Shown piece by piece: positions 1 to 10,481 of a stretch of 60,849 nt of DNA. The stretch spans positions 1-60,849 of the forward strand of contig JBGPLZ010000003.1 in the NCBI GenBank assembly GCA_041486695.1. The letters are read 5' to 3'. Position 1 is the first letter of the stretch. The number at the start of each line of letters is the position of its first letter. The notes beneath the pieces were generated by a model. It made no database searches and was not told where the DNA came from. It was given only the letters and a program-made list of their open reading frames with translations. Made by a program: the position numbers and the translations under genes. This stretch comes from Acidobacteriota bacterium (lineage in GTDB: Bacteria; Acidobacteriota; Polarisedimenticolia; Gp22-AA2).

Positions 1-1901
1 CCGCCGGTGTCGCTGACGTACGTGAACCCGGCTGCCAGCAGGTCGGTGACGGTCACCCCGGTCGCCCCGCTCGGCCCGGCGTTCGACACGGTGAGGGTGA
101 AGGTCACGTTGGTCCCGACGTTCGGGGTCAGGCTGCTGGCGCTCTTGGTCAGCGACAGATCCGCCACCGCCACCGGCGTGAGGGTCACCGACGCCTGGTC
201 GTCCTCGCCATTGCCGACGCCGTTGTTGGGAGTGGAGTCGGGGTCGGACTGGTTGGAGGCGCTCACCTGGGCGCTGTTGGTGTAGGTGCCCGAGGCCTTG
301 ACCGTGGCGGTGATCGTCAGGGAAGCGGACCCAGCCGCAGCGACGCTACCGACGGTCAAGACTCCCGTCCCCGAGTTGTAGCTGCCGCCGCCGGTATCAC
401 TCACGTAGGTGAAGCCGGAGGGCAGGAGGTCACTGACCGAGACTCCGGTGGCACCATTGGGGCCGGCGTTGCTGACGGTCAGCGTGAAGGTGACGTTGCT
501 GCCGACGTTGGGAGTCGGGTTGTTGACCGTCTTGGTCAGGGACAGGTCAGCCGTGGGGTTCGAGACAGTGACGTTTCCGGAGAACTCCGACGTGTTGCCA
601 TAAGTGCCACCGCCGAGGTCGACCGTGGCGGTCGCCGAGACGACGTATCCGTTGGTAACGCTCACTCCGGCCAACGTGGTGTTGAAGGCGGCGTTGCCAC
701 CGCCATCGGTCGTGACCGTGGCGCTGCCGAGGTAGGTCTGACCTTCGCCGTTCCCCGATGGGTCGCCAGTCGGCGAGGAAAAGAACTCAATCCGGAACGT
801 GGTGCCTGCCGTGCTGTTGAGCGATCCGGCGATCGTCGTGTTGCCGCCGGACACGGTTGCGCTCGTGAGCACGGGAAAGTTCTGAAGACCATTCGCACCG
901 TTGTCCCCGTCGCCGGCGTCGTTGGCGGTCACACCGCCAGTGCCGAGGTCGATACCGAGGCTTCCATTCGAGAATATCGAATTGCCCAGGATGGAGTTTC
1001 CGGTGGTGCTGTTCTGGACCACCTCAATTCCGGTTGCGTTGAACGCGATCACATTGGCCTGCCCCGCCGTGAGACCGCCGATGAGGGTGCCGTTGGCGCC
1101 AAATCCGACACTGATTCCAACGATCGTGTTGCCCAGCGGGATGGTCCCTGTCACATCGGTGCCGACCTTGTTCCCTTGGATGACGTTGCCGTCGGCGGCT
1201 GCATCGTCAATGATGATTCCAATTTTGTTCGCCGCTATCAGGTTGTTCACAATGACGTTGTTGGCGGCGTCAAAGGAAAGTTCAATGCCGTAGAACTTGT
1301 TCCCTTGAGCGATCGTCCCGCTGGGATCGGTGCCCAGAAAGTTGTTCTCAATGCGGTGCCCGCTCGATTTATAGATCTGTATTGCAATATTCCCATAACG
1401 GTTGATGGCCAGGCCGCGGATAGTACTTCCGTCGCTACCGATGAACAGCCTGAGGCAGTTTTTATTATTCCCCGCATTGGTGCCATCGAGCTCAATGAGA
1501 GGCGTCCCCGCATAGCCTGGCTGGGAAGTGGCGTCGATGACGACCGGATCGGTGATGTCAGGCAGCACCGAGGTGGGGCTGATGGTGTGTACACCCGCAC
1601 CCGGGATGTTGAACGTGATGGTGTCGAGGCCTGTCAGGGCGTTCGCTTCGTCGATGGCGGCGCGCAGGGTGCAGGCGCCTCCTGCGGTCGCGCAGATCCC
1701 GTCCCCCGGCGAAGCGTCCGGCGCGTCGGCGGTGGAGTTGACGGTGAAGGTCGCGGCGAGAGAGGGCGCGGACGCCGCGATCCCCACCACGCAGCCGAGG
1801 AGGATGGCCAGAAAGCGTCCGACCGGAGGGCGAAGCACCCGGGCGACGAAGTCGCTCCTCGGAGAGGGTCGAGAGGGGTGATGGACCGCGATCGGTCTCA
1901 T
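1..1901 (-). CDS. Secreted/cell-surface repeat protein; the start lies in the window and the 3' end runs off the left edge. Signal peptide, CSLREA-like motif, parallel beta-helix-type repeats, at least two DUF11-type repeat domains.
   Basis: My own minus-strand translation from the ATG at 1901 stays open to base 1. It is absent from the ORF track because there is no stop in the window. Sequence: [32 protein letters not shown] (signal peptide), [11 protein letters not shown], repeated N.I.GN.IG turns, then twice [40 protein letters not shown]. The plus-strand ORFs 7..285 and 409..603 are its mirror image. Confidence 0.8.
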   Translation of the reverse strand, partial: MRPIAVHHPSRPSPRSDFVARVLRPPVGRFLAILLGCVVGIAASAPSLAATFTVNSTADAPDASPGDGICATAGGACTLRAAIDEANALTGLDTITFNIPGAGVHTISPTSVLPDITDPVVIDATSQPGYAGTPLIELDGTNAGNNKNCLRLFIGSDGSTIRGLAINRYGNIAIQIYKSSGHRIENNFLGTDPSGTIAQGNKFYGIELSFDAANNVIVNNLIAANKIGIIIDDAAADGNVIQGNKVGTDVTGTIPLGNTIVGISVGFGANGTLIGGLTAGQANVIAFNATGIEVVQNSTTGNSILGNSIFSNGSLGIDLGTGGVTANDAGDGDNGANGLQNFPVLTSATVSGGNTTIAGSLNSTAGTTFRIEFFSSPTGDPSGNGEGQTYLGSATVTTDGGGNAAFNTTLAGVSVTNGYVVSATATVDLGGGTYGNTSEFSGNVTVSNPTADLSLTKTVNNPTPNVGSNVTFTLTVSNAGPNGATGVSVSDLLPSGFTYVSDTGGGSYNSGTGVLTVGSVAAAGSASLTITATVKASGTYTNSAQVSASNQSDPDSTPNNGVGNGEDDQASVTLTPVAVADLSLTKSASSLTPNVGTNVTFTLTVSNAGPSGATGVTVTDLLAAGFTYVSDTG

Positions 1902-1933
1902 AAGGCTCCGCGCGCGGATCGAGGGTTCGGCCC

Positions 1934-4054
1934 TCATCCCTCCGAGGCTCGGGCGGGGGCCTCGTGGCTCGTCCCGAGGACCTTCTGGACTGCATCGCGG
2001 AGGTCGACGACCCCGCATGGCTTGACAAGGACCAGGGCGATCCCCGCCCTGCGTACCTCTTGCGACGACTGCTCGACCCCCCAGCCGCTCAGCAGAATCA
2101 CCGGCACCGCCGAATTGATCCGCTTCACATTGGTCGCCACTTGATACCCGGACATGCCACCCATGCTCAGGTCGGTGATCACCAGGTCGAACCGGCTCTT
2201 CTCTAACAGGACAATGGCCTCTTCGCCGCTCGCGGCGGCGACGACCTCGTGCCCTACCAGGGTGAGCGCCTCCTGGTAGACCGAGCGGACGGGGTCCTCG
2301 TCATCCACCAGCAGAATGCGGACGCTCCTGGCTTCACCGGTTGTCACCGGTTCCGGGCTAGCGGGCTCGTCCGGGCTCGCGACATGAGGAGGCAGGCTGA
2401 TCCGGAAGGTCGTTCCGGAACCGGGCTTGCTGCGGACGGTGATGTTCCCCTTGTGGCGGGTGATGATGCCGTAGATGATGCTCGTTCCCAGGCCCTGTCC
2501 CGACTCCTTGGTGGTGAAGAACGGCTCGAACAGGCGCCGCTGGGTCTCCTCGTCCATTCCCATACCCTCGTCGGACACTTCGAGAACCACGGATCCCTCG
2601 TGTTCGTGGGTCTTGAAGCTGATGCGGCCGCCCTTGGGCATGGCCTCGACGGCATTGAAGATGAGGTTCTCGACCACCTGCGTCAGCTCGAGGAGGTTCC
2701 CGGTGACCCGGGGAACCTCGGCGAGGTCGAGATGGACGCTGATGCCGAGTCCCCGTGCCTCCGCCTCCTGCTTCCATCGGGGCTTGGTGATTTCGATCGC
2801 GTCACGTACGGCGGCGTTCAGGTCGAGCGCGGCGCGCGGCTCATCCTTCCGGGTACGGGTATAGTCCTGGATGCGCTTGATGGCCTGCCCGCCCTGCCGT
2901 GCGGACTTGATGATCGTCTCGAGGTCCGAGAGCGCCTTCACCCGATCGAACGGATCTTCCACGAGCCTGGCGTGGACGAACTCGGCCCTCCCGAGGATGA
3001 CGCTCAGGACATTGTTGAAATCGTGGGCCACCCCGGCCGCCATTTGACCGATGGCCTTGAGCCGCTCCGAGCGGACCAGCTGCGTCTGTGTGGCCTTCAG
3101 AGTTTCATAGGCTTTCTCGAGCTGGCCCGCACGCCTTGCCCCTTCGATGGCGACCGCGAGCTGGGTGCCCAGCGACGTCACGTGGGAGCTGTCAGCGTCG
3201 GTGAAGCCCTCTCCGTTGATCCGCTTGCCGGCCGCGAAGATGCCCAGCACCTTCCCGTCGGACTTGATCGGTGTGCAGAGCGCGATGGGGCCGGAGAGGA
3301 GGGCGTCGGCCGGGGGGAGCCCGGAGCCCTGTCCGCCGGCCTGGGCGTACTGTGTACCGTTCAGGACGAAGGGGATGCCCGTCCTGGCCACCGCTCCGCA
3401 GATCCCCACCCCGAGTCCGACTCTGGCGGCTGCAGGATTGCGTGTCCCTTCCGTCCTGCGGCAGGCGGATCGGAGCTCTCCCGCCTTGTCATCGAGGAGC
3501 AGAATGCAGGCGTCGTCGACGCCGAGCTCATCGGTCACCATGTCCATGAAGAAATCGAGGAGCTCCGTGTACGAGGAGACGTCGCCGTCGACAGACCCGC
3601 CGTCGGCGAGGGGGATGACGGTCGACAGCTCGTCGCTTCGCTCGTCCTGCTTCTGGAGCAGGGCGAGCCTCTTCTGGCCTAGGTTTCGCTTCTCGAGAGC
3701 GCGCTGCAGCGTCGTCCAGATCTCGTCGAGGTTCTCGAAAGGCTTCTGGAGGTAGCTGTACGCTCCTTCGCGGATCGCGCGCAGCGCCGTCTCGGCAGAA
3801 GCATGGCTGGTCATCATGACGACTTCGGTGTCGGGGGAGCGTTGCTTGATCTCCTTGAGCAGCTCGAGTCCGTTCCGACCCGGCAAGACGATGTCCAGCA
3901 GCGCTACGTCAGGTGCGAAATCGGCCAGCAGCGCAAGACCGTCTTCGGCGGTGGCCGCCTCCATCGCCTCGCAGCCGTTCCAGGCGATGACGTTGACGAG
4001 GATGTGCCGGATGGTTTCTTCGTCGTCGACGATGAGGATGCGTGGCTTGTCCAT
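1934..4054 (-). CDS. Hybrid sensor histidine kinase (REC-GAF-HisKA-HATPase-REC)
   Basis: ORF 1934..4138; the likelier start is [12 protein letters not shown] at 4054. N-terminal receiver ([16 protein letters not shown]), GAF-like middle, H-box [12 protein letters not shown], ATPase motifs [22 protein letters not shown]-terminal receiver ([17 protein letters not shown]). Confidence 0.9.
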   Translation of the reverse strand: MDKPRILIVDDEETIRHILVNVIAWNGCEAMEAATAEDGLALLADFAPDVALLDIVLPGRNGLELLKEIKQRSPDTEVVMMTSHASAETALRAIREGAYSYLQKPFENLDEIWTTLQRALEKRNLGQKRLALLQKQDERSDELSTVIPLADGGSVDGDVSSYTELLDFFMDMVTDELGVDDACILLLDDKAGELRSACRRTEGTRNPAAARVGLGVGICGAVARTGIPFVLNGTQYAQAGGQGSGLPPADALLSGPIALCTPIKSDGKVLGIFAAGKRINGEGFTDADSSHVTSLGTQLAVAIEGARRAGQLEKAYETLKATQTQLVRSERLKAIGQMAAGVAHDFNNVLSVILGRAEFVHARLVEDPFDRVKALSDLETIIKSARQGGQAIKRIQDYTRTRKDEPRAALDLNAAVRDAIEITKPRWKQEAEARGLGISVHLDLAEVPRVTGNLLELTQVVENLIFNAVEAMPKGGRISFKTHEHEGSVVLEVSDEGMGMDEETQRRLFEPFFTTKESGQGLGTSIIYGIITRHKGNITVRSKPGSGTTFRISLPPHVASPDEPASPEPVTTGEARSVRILLVDDEDPVRSVYQEALTLVGHEVVAAASGEEAIVLLEKSRFDLVITDLSMGGMSGYQVATNVKRINSAVPVILLSGWGVEQSSQEVRRAGIALVLVKPCGVVDLRDAVQKVLGTSHEAPARASEG

Positions 4055-4168
4055 GCACACTCCTGGCGCTGCGCTTATGCCGAGGCAGAAGATCGTGTTC
4101 AGACAGGAGGATGTCAAGGAATCGACTTGATCCGGCATCCTGCGGGGAGGGAGGATACGAAATCGTAA

Positions 4169-5215
4169 TTGGCGCTACCTGTCCCTGAGGAGTCCCCGGT
4201 GTCCATCCTCCGAGTCATCCTCCTGCTGCTTCGTGCCCTCTTCCGGGACCGCTCGCAGTTGGCTCTGGAAAATCTCGCCCTCCGTCAGCAGCTCGCCATC
4301 TTCCGCCACAAGGCGCTTCGGCCCAGGTTATGCCGTGCCGACCGGGCCTTCTGGGTGAGCCTGGCGCGGGTCTGGGATCGGTGGCGCTCGGCCCTCATTC
4401 TGGTCAAGCCGGAGATCGTCTTACGCTGGCATCGCCTGGGATTCCGGTACTTCTGGAGATGGAAGTCGAGGGGTCGGCCGTGCGTCAGTCCGGAACTGAT
4501 TCGGCTGATCCGTCGGATGTCCCAGGAGAACCCGCTCTGGGGTGCCCCACGCATCTGTTCGGAACTCCTGCTTCTCGGCTACGAGATTGCCGAAGCAACC
4601 GTGGCCAAGTACATGCCCCGACGGGGAAGAAGGCATCCGTCACAGACGTGGCGCACCTTTCTTCGGAATCACTTCCGCACTACGGTAGCCTGCGATTTCT
4701 TCGTCGTCCCTACCGCCACCTTCCGCCTGCTCTTCTGTTTCGTGATCCTCTCCCATGACCGCAGGCGAATCCTCCACTTCAACGTCACCGCCCATCCCAC
4801 CGCCGCATGGACCGCCCAGTAGATCGTCGAAGCCTTCCCAGCAGAAGGAACCGAGCTCCGATATCTGCTCCGTGATCGGGACTCCATCTACAGCGATTGC
4901 TTCCGTCATCGCCTGGCGGGGCTGGGCATCAAGGAGATCGTCAGCGCCCCTCAGTCGCCCCGGCAGAACCCCTACGCCGAGAGAGTCATCGGGTCGATCC
5001 GGCGCGAATGCCAGGACCACCTGATCGTCCTCGGCGAGAATCATCTCCGACAGATCCTCCGCGATTACGTCCGCTACTACAACGTGTCCCGGCCTCATCT
5101 TTCCCTGGAGAGGAATGCCCCTGCACCGCGTGGCATTGAGCCGCCGGCGCTCGGTGCCGTCATGGCTGTCCCCCAGGTCGGCGGCCTGCATCACCACTAC
5201 ACTCGCGCGGCCTGA
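4169..5215 (+). pseudogene. DDE (rve-type) transposase/integrase interrupted by an in-frame TAG
   Basis: The frame opening at 4169 (TTG; alternative GTG at 4199) hits TAG at 4820-4822 and continues in the same frame to TGA at 5213-5215. The joined product has an LENLALRQQL N-terminus and a D/D/E triad (ACDFFVV, LLRDRDSIY, QNPYAERVIGSIRRE). Confidence 0.8.
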
Positions 5216-5408
5216 ACTCGCTCTTCACAATGACGGATGGTCGCGGTTCCCACGGCACGGGTGCGTCTGCTCTCGACCCGGTCGATCCCCAGCGGCGCGA
5301 CTCCCGAGCCGATTCGGTTCGTTTCAACTCGGTCGGCCATGCGCTGTGTTGACGCGCGCGTTCGCTTCTGTCCCACTTGCGGTCCGGATGGACTTTTTAG
5401 TAGGGACA
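4180..5408 (+). mobile_element. Possible decayed IS element (single-ORF rve-type DDE transposase, IS481/IS3-superfamily-like); boundaries tentative
   Basis: Imperfect terminal inverted repeat (IR) seen by eye: left TGTCCCTGAGGAGTCC (from 4180) versus the reverse complement of the right end, TGTCCCTACTAAAAAGTCC (ending 5408). It encloses the transposase frame. No clear target-site duplication was found. Confidence 0.35.
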
Positions 5409-5440
5409 CGGGTCCACCGTTTTGATGCTGCCCCTCTCTT

Positions 5441-6193
5441 CTAGAACCCCTCCGCCGCCAGATCGTCGGGGGTGATCCCGCCCTCGTGCAGGGCGCTGGC
5501 CAGGAGGGCGCCGGCGAATCCCCCGTCACGCAGGAAGCGCAGGTCATCGAGACTGGAGATTCCGCCGCCGGTGTACAAACGCAGGCCCGGCGCCGCCGCA
5601 CGCAAGGCCAGCAGCCGCAGGCGGGGCAGGCCAGCCCCGGTGCCGACACGGTCGAGAAGGAGCAGGATGGCCGTATCGAAGCCCGCCCCGACCGCCCGGC
5701 GCAGGATCTCATCCTCCGGGATCGAGGCGACCTGAGGCGAGCGGCTTACGATGCCCGAGGGGCCGAGATCGAGTCCCAGGATCGGGTGGCTCCCGGCCCC
5801 CGGGCGGGGGCGCGAGGAGAGAGGTTCGATCGAGCACAGGGTCTCCGTCGCGATCACCGACGCTATCCGTCCGTCCCGCGCCGCGCCTGCGATCGTGCCG
5901 GGATCGGCGAACCCTCCGTCCACGAGGAAGCGGATCTGCGGAGCGGCGGCGAGGAGACGTTCGAGCGCGAGGTCGTTATCGCCACACCCTTCGATCCGAT
6001 CGAGGTCGGCCACGTATATGGTCTCGGGCCGGAGGGCCGCCTGGTAGCGCTGCAGGAGATCGACGGGATCGGAGAGATCGGCCGAAGCGGCCGACCCGAG
6101 CCGGCTCTGCACGGGTGAATAACGCGTGCGTTCCCCCGCCGGCCCGCGAACCGCGCGTCCGGCACGTAGATCGATCACGGGTATAATCCGCAC
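5441..6193 (-). CDS. HisA/HisF-family (beta/alpha)8 barrel protein of the H4MPT-cluster 'orf7' type
   Basis: RIIPVIDLRAGRAV.., GGGISSLDDLRFLRDGGFAGALLASALHEG. The ORF track starts at 6268. A GTG at 6193 preceded by GGAGGG gives a typical N-terminus and avoids overlap with the divergent gene. Confidence 0.75.
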   Translation of the reverse strand: MRIIPVIDLRAGRAVRGPAGERTRYSPVQSRLGSAASADLSDPVDLLQRYQAALRPETIYVADLDRIEGCGDNDLALERLLAAAPQIRFLVDGGFADPGTIAGAARDGRIASVIATETLCSIEPLSSRPRPGAGSHPILGLDLGPSGIVSRSPQVASIPEDEILRRAVGAGFDTAILLLLDRVGTGAGLPRLRLLALRAAAPGLRLYTGGGISSLDDLRFLRDGGFAGALLASALHEGGITPDDLAAEGF

Positions 6194-6244
6194 GCGGAGC
6201 CCTCCCCGGGGCAGTGTCGCCGGTGATTTCCGGAGCATTCTCCC

Positions 6245-7366
6245 ATGAAGGTCGTGGTTCTCGAGCACTTCACCTCGGTCCCAACGTTACCGGGCGGCGC
6301 CGCGATCCGCGCCGAAGGGCGCGCCATGCGCGACGCCATCGTTGCTGACCTGATCGCGATCCCCGGCATCAGGGTGACCCTCGTGCAGTCCGACCCGCGA
6401 TCGGCGGCCGCCTCCGGCCGCGTGCGCACCGTGGGGGTCGGGAGTGCGGGCCGGGTCGCCCGGACGCGCGAGCATCGCTTCCGCGCGGCCCTGCGCGGCG
6501 CCGACGCCGCATTAGTGATCGCGCCGGAGGCCGGCGGTCTTTTGGAACGCCTCGCCCGCACCGTGGAGAGCGAAGGGCGTTCGCTTCTGGGACCCTCGGC
6601 GTCGTTCGTCCGGATCGCCGGTGACAAACTGGAGACCTTCCGGCGCCTGAGCGCCGCCGGCGTGAGGACGCCGGTCTCCGAGGCGATCCCGTTCGCCGCC
6701 GCGGCGTCGCGTCTCGCCCGGCGCCGCCGTCCCTTCGTCCTGAAGCCGCGCGACGGGTGCGGCGGCGAAGGGGTGATCCTGGTGCGTCCGGGAGACCGGC
6801 TCGAAGAAGCGATCCGGAAAGTCCGCCTGGCCACGCGGCGCCGGGAGCTGCTGGTGCAGCCGTTCGTGCCCGGCGCCGCGGCCAGCGTCGCGGTGATCGC
6901 GGGGGTCGGACGGTTGCTGTCTCTGGGTCTCAGCCGCCAGCGTCTCGGGCCTGGTCGCCGTCTCTCTTACCGTGGAGGCGAGACCCCCTGGCCGCACCCC
7001 GACGCGGCCGGCGCGATCGCGCTGGCCTGCCGGGCCGTCGAGGCGATCGACCCGAGCGGGAAGGGAGCACGCGGGTATGTGGGCATCGACCTGGTCATGG
7101 GCCCTTCCGGAGCGACCGTGATCGAGGTGAATCCCCGCCTGACCGCCTCGTATCTCGGTCTGCGGCGCGTGAGCCGGGTCAATCCGGCCCGTCTGATCCT
7201 CGACGCGGCGGCCGGCCGGGCGCTCCCGGCGCGCGTCACGATGACCGGTATCTGCCGCTTCCGAGCCGACGGACGGCTCGATCGACGTCGGCGCGCCCGT
7301 CGCAAGGCTCACAAGGGAGCATCGGGATGGAATTTCTTGGCTGGGACATCGGCGGCGTCCATCTGA
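6245..7366 (+). CDS. ATP-grasp ligase of the H4MPT/MFR cluster ('orf5' type, possibly MfnD-like)
   Basis: FVLKPRDGCGGEGV and YVGIDLV..ATVIEVNPRLTASY are ATP-grasp motifs. Sits next to other cofactor-biosynthesis genes. Confidence 0.75.
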   Translation: MKVVVLEHFTSVPTLPGGAAIRAEGRAMRDAIVADLIAIPGIRVTLVQSDPRSAAASGRVRTVGVGSAGRVARTREHRFRAALRGADAALVIAPEAGGLLERLARTVESEGRSLLGPSASFVRIAGDKLETFRRLSAAGVRTPVSEAIPFAAAASRLARRRRPFVLKPRDGCGGEGVILVRPGDRLEEAIRKVRLATRRRELLVQPFVPGAAASVAVIAGVGRLLSLGLSRQRLGPGRRLSYRGGETPWPHPDAAGAIALACRAVEAIDPSGKGARGYVGIDLVMGPSGATVIEVNPRLTASYLGLRRVSRVNPARLILDAAAGRALPARVTMTGICRFRADGRLDRRRRARRKAHKGASGWNFLAGTSAASI

Positions 7367-8391
7367 AGCTGTCGTGCCTCACGCTGCACGGCGAACAGCG
7401 GACCCGCCTCGCGACGACCATCGTCCCGTTCGAGATCTGGAAGGACCCCGCCGTCCTTGCGCCGCGCCTGCGGGCGATGCGACGTGCGATTGCGGGAGAG
7501 GTCGCGGCGCAGGCTCTGACCATGACCGGCGAGCTGTCGGACATTTTCGCGAGCCGCGCCGAAGGAGTGCGTTCCATCCTCACCGCCTGCCGCGAGGCCC
7601 TGGGGCCAGGCCCCATTCGGGTGCTCGATCGCGAGGGCGGGTTCCTGGCACCGGACGAGGCGATGGAGCGGCCGGACGCCGTGGCTGCCGCCAACTGGAT
7701 GGCGACCGCACTCCTCGTCGCGTGCCGCGCCGGCTCGGCCATCCTGATCGACACCGGCAGCACGACCACCGACATCATACCGATCGTCGCCTTCCGGCCC
7801 CGCCCCGCGGAATCGACCGACACCGGCCGCCTGATGTCGGGGGAGCTGGTCTACTCAGGCCTGCAGAGGACGCCGCCCTCGAGCTTCGCCCGGACGGTGC
7901 CGCTGCGCGGCGGCTGGTGCCGGATCGCTCCGGAGCATTTCGCCATCACCGCCGATGTCTATCGCCTCCTGGGTCGCATCGACGATGAGGCCTACACCGT
8001 CCCGACGCCGGACGGCCGGGGCAGGGGAGCGGCGGCCGCGGCCGCGCGCCTGGCGCGGCTGGTCTGCGCCGAGGCCTCCGACCTCGGTGACGAGGCGATC
8101 AGGAGGCTGGCGCGCCACCTCGCCGACCGTCAGGCCGAACAACTGGCGGAGGCGATCCACCAGGTCATCGGGCGTCACCCAGAGCCTGGGGGACTCGAGG
8201 CGATCGTCGCCGGCGCCGGGGCGTTCCTGGCCGCGGATGCGGCCGGACGTGCCGGGCTGCCGGCACGGGCGCTTCGTGATCTCTTCCCGCGGATCGAGGG
8301 CGGCGCGTGGGATACGGCCGCGCCGAGCGCCGCCCTGGCGCTGCTCCTGGCGGAGGCTGAAGGGGCGGTTGATCTGGGGCCGGGGTCATGA
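7327..8391 (+). CDS. H4MPT-linked C1-transfer pathway protein (hydantoinase/oxoprolinase-like, 'orf19' type; proposed MfnF equivalent)
   Basis: Internal start MEFLGWDIGGVHLK at 7327 within ORF 6757..8391; the upstream part of that ORF is Arg/Pro-rich shadow sequence. DIGG..K and ILIDTGSTTTDI are sugar-kinase/hydantoinase-fold motifs. Confidence 0.75.
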   Translation: MEFLGWDIGGVHLKLSCLTLHGEQRTRLATTIVPFEIWKDPAVLAPRLRAMRRAIAGEVAAQALTMTGELSDIFASRAEGVRSILTACREALGPGPIRVLDREGGFLAPDEAMERPDAVAAANWMATALLVACRAGSAILIDTGSTTTDIIPIVAFRPRPAESTDTGRLMSGELVYSGLQRTPPSSFARTVPLRGGWCRIAPEHFAITADVYRLLGRIDDEAYTVPTPDGRGRGAAAAAARLARLVCAEASDLGDEAIRRLARHLADRQAEQLAEAIHQVIGRHPEPGGLEAIVAGAGAFLAADAAGRAGLPARALRDLFPRIEGGAWDTAAPSAALALLLAEAEGAVDLGPGS

Positions 8392-9077
8392 GGCCCCGAT
8401 CCCGCTCCGCCGGCGCTCGACCGCGACCGACGAGGACGCCGCGCACTGATCGCCGCGGCCTGGACCTGGTGATCAAGGTGGGCGGAAGCCTCATGCGCAG
8501 CCGCGCCCTGCCTCGTATCCTGACGCGGATCGCCTGGCTAGCGCGGCGGCGGCGCCTGGTCATCGTGCCGGGCGGCGGCCGCTTCGCCGATCTGGTGCGC
8601 GCCGCGCAGGCGCGTTTCGGGCTCGACGATGATACCGCGCACAGAATGGCGCTGCGAGGGATGGATCAGTACGGACTGATCCTCGCGGCCCTCGCGCCGC
8701 GGGGCCGCGCGGTCGGCGATCTGAAAACGGCCCGGACCGCGGCCGCCGCGGGGCGCGTGCCGGTCCTGCTCGTCGCGTTCACGCTCGAGGAGGATGGTGA
8801 ACTGGAGAGGAGCTTCCGCCTCGGTTCCGACGCGATCGCCGCCGCCGTCGCGCGACGCCTCGGGGCGCGCCATATCGTGATGCTAAAGAGCTGCGCTTGC
8901 CCGCGGGATCCGATCCGGCGCGGCGCGGTGCTGCGCGCTCTGGCGCGCCGCGGTGTAGTCGATCCGCTCTTCCCGGCTCTGGTCCCGAATGATTGCGAAG
9001 TACGGCTGATCAATGCGCGCTCTTCGGCCGCCTGGGAGCGCGAGCTGGCGCGTCCGGAAAGGGACCCGCTGCGCTGA
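8388..9077 (+). CDS. Amino-acid-kinase-fold protein ('orf20' type; proposed MfnE-like kinase)
   Basis: ATGA overlap with the upstream stop. LVIKVGGSL and LVIVPGGGRFADLVR are amino-acid-kinase motifs. Confidence 0.7.
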   Translation: MRPRSRSAGARPRPTRTPRTDRRGLDLVIKVGGSLMRSRALPRILTRIAWLARRRRLVIVPGGGRFADLVRAAQARFGLDDDTAHRMALRGMDQYGLILAALAPRGRAVGDLKTARTAAAAGRVPVLLVAFTLEEDGELERSFRLGSDAIAAAVARRLGARHIVMLKSCACPRDPIRRGAVLRALARRGVVDPLFPALVPNDCEVRLINARSSAAWERELARPERDPLR

Positions 9078-9825
9078 CCAGACGCAGCGCGGTGCGAAAA
9101 TCGACCAGTCGCCGGGCGTCCAGCGACCCCCGGCGCCCGCCATGGCAGAGGGCGCCCCGGGCGCCGACAAAATCGGCGCCGATCCCGCGCAGCGCGCCGA
9201 GGTCGGCCGCCTGGAGCGATCCGGCGAGAGCGATGAACAGACCGCGTCGCCGGGTCTCCCGGGCCAGCGCCGCGAGCGCCGGCCGGTCGAGATGCTGCAG
9301 CAGGGACCGGCCGTCCTTGCGGGCCGTGTCGATGAGACACCCGTCGGCGCCCGCGCGCGCGGCCACCTCCGGCAGGAGCGCGGCCGGCAGAGACTCGAGA
9401 GGGGTCAGGTCGGCGAAGGCGGCGGCCACCACTCTGACGGACGGGTTCGCTTCGCGGGCGGCGACGATGAGCGGCCGCAGCCATGCTTCGGCTTCGATCG
9501 CGTCCTGCATGCCGAGCAACCCCACCTTGAGGATGTCGGCGCCGGAGCGAACCGCCTCGGCCGCGGCGCGCGGCAGGACCGGGCTGTCCGGCCGATCGCC
9601 GAGGGCGACGCTGACCGGCGGTCGCAGGCCGGTGAGCCGCTGCCACGCATCCCGGCGCGCCGCGACCGCGCGGACCGTCTCGAGACCGGCCGCCCCGAGG
9701 GCGCCGCGGCCCGGGTCCTTGACGTCCAGCACGTCGGCGCCGCACTCCAGGGCCGCCGCGGCCTCGGCGTCGTCGACCACCGTGACCAGCAGCGCCGGGG
9801 CTCGATCGGTCTCGCGGGGGGGCAC
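9010..9825 (-). CDS. mfnB: (5-formylfuran-3-yl)methyl phosphate synthase-like protein (DUF556 / MfnB, 'orf21' type)
   Basis: The likely start is a GTG at 9825 preceded by GGAAGGAGG; the longer ORF to 10020 would run into fae. ALLVTVVDDAEAAAALECGADVLDVKDP, ADILKVGL and GCLIDTARKDGRSLL are DUF556-like. Confidence 0.75.
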   Translation of the reverse strand: MPPRETDRAPALLVTVVDDAEAAAALECGADVLDVKDPGRGALGAAGLETVRAVAARRDAWQRLTGLRPPVSVALGDRPDSPVLPRAAAEAVRSGADILKVGLLGMQDAIEAEAWLRPLIVAAREANPSVRVVAAAFADLTPLESLPAALLPEVAARAGADGCLIDTARKDGRSLLQHLDRPALAALARETRRRGLFIALAGSLQAADLGALRGIGADFVGARGALCHGGRRGSLDARRLVDFRTALRLVSAAGPFPDAPARAPRRPKSAH

Positions 9826-9976
9826 GATTGACCTCCTTCCGGACGCTGTGCTAAGAATTGACCCGTTCCTGACAGCGAAGCGTGCTACAGCATGAAATCG
9901 GGGCCCTCGCCCGGTGCGATTGCGCCTCGGCTCGGGAGCGCCGTCTTGAACCCCCACTCTGACAGGAGGCTGCCGC

Positions 9977-10471
9977 ATGAAAGAGATCATGGTTGGTGAA
10001 TCGCTCGTCGGCGAGGGCAACGAGGTCGCCCATATCGATCTGCTGATCGGCCCGAAGAACGGCCCGGTCGGGGCCGCCTTCGCGACTGCGCTGGTGAGCC
10101 AGAACCAGGGTCACACCGCTCTCCTGGCCGTCCTGGCGCCGAACCTGCTTGCGAAGCCGGCGACGATGATGATGAACAAGGTGACCATCAAGGGGGCCAA
10201 CCAGGCGGTTCAGATGTTCGGCCCGGCGCAGGCGGCGGTGGCCAAGGCGGTGGCCGACTCCGTAGCGGACAACATCATACCGCAGGGCGAGGCGGAGAAC
10301 CTGGTGGTGATCGTCGGCGTGTTCATTCACTGGGACGCCAAGGACAACAAGAAGATCTACGACTACAACTACCGCGCCACCAAGGAGTCGATCGCCCGCG
10401 CGATGCGCGGCGAGCCGTCGGTCAAGGCGGTGATCGAGGGCAAGGACACGGCGAAGCACCCGTTCGCCTGA
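9977..10471 (+). CDS. fae: Formaldehyde-activating enzyme (5,6,7,8-tetrahydromethanopterin hydro-lyase)
   Basis: GEALVG.GNEVAHIDLLIGPK, LLAVLAPNL, VQMFGPAQ, VGVFIHW and C-terminal HPFA all match Fae. AGGAGG lies 8 nt upstream of the ATG. Confidence 0.95.
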   Translation: MKEIMVGESLVGEGNEVAHIDLLIGPKNGPVGAAFATALVSQNQGHTALLAVLAPNLLAKPATMMMNKVTIKGANQAVQMFGPAQAAVAKAVADSVADNIIPQGEAENLVVIVGVFIHWDAKDNKKIYDYNYRATKESIARAMRGEPSVKAVIEGKDTAKHPFA

Positions 10472-10481
10472 GGTCGGCTGC

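Noticed and set aside
4820-4822. In-frame TAG as programmed recoding (pyrrolysine or read-through)
   Set aside because: No pyl genes or PYLIS-like context were seen. Every other gene with a TAG stop that I checked terminates normally there (for example the secretin and asd). A nonsense mutation in a decaying IS is the simpler explanation.
5216-5440. Possible tRNA or att site next to the transposase remnant
   Set aside because: No cloverleaf-compatible sequence or conserved T-loop (GTTCGAATC-like) was recognised; only short hairpins are present. The enzyme is a DDE transposase, not a tyrosine integrase, so no tRNA-linked att site is expected.
9010-9077. Convergent gene overlaps (orf20-like/mfnB 68 nt; mptG/citG-like 89 nt at 16646-16734) as a regulatory antisense arrangement
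   Set aside because: The C-terminal tails involved are low-complexity Arg/Ala/Pro stretches beyond the conserved domains. They are probably stop-codon-poor run-on typical of GC-rich genomes rather than functional overlap.
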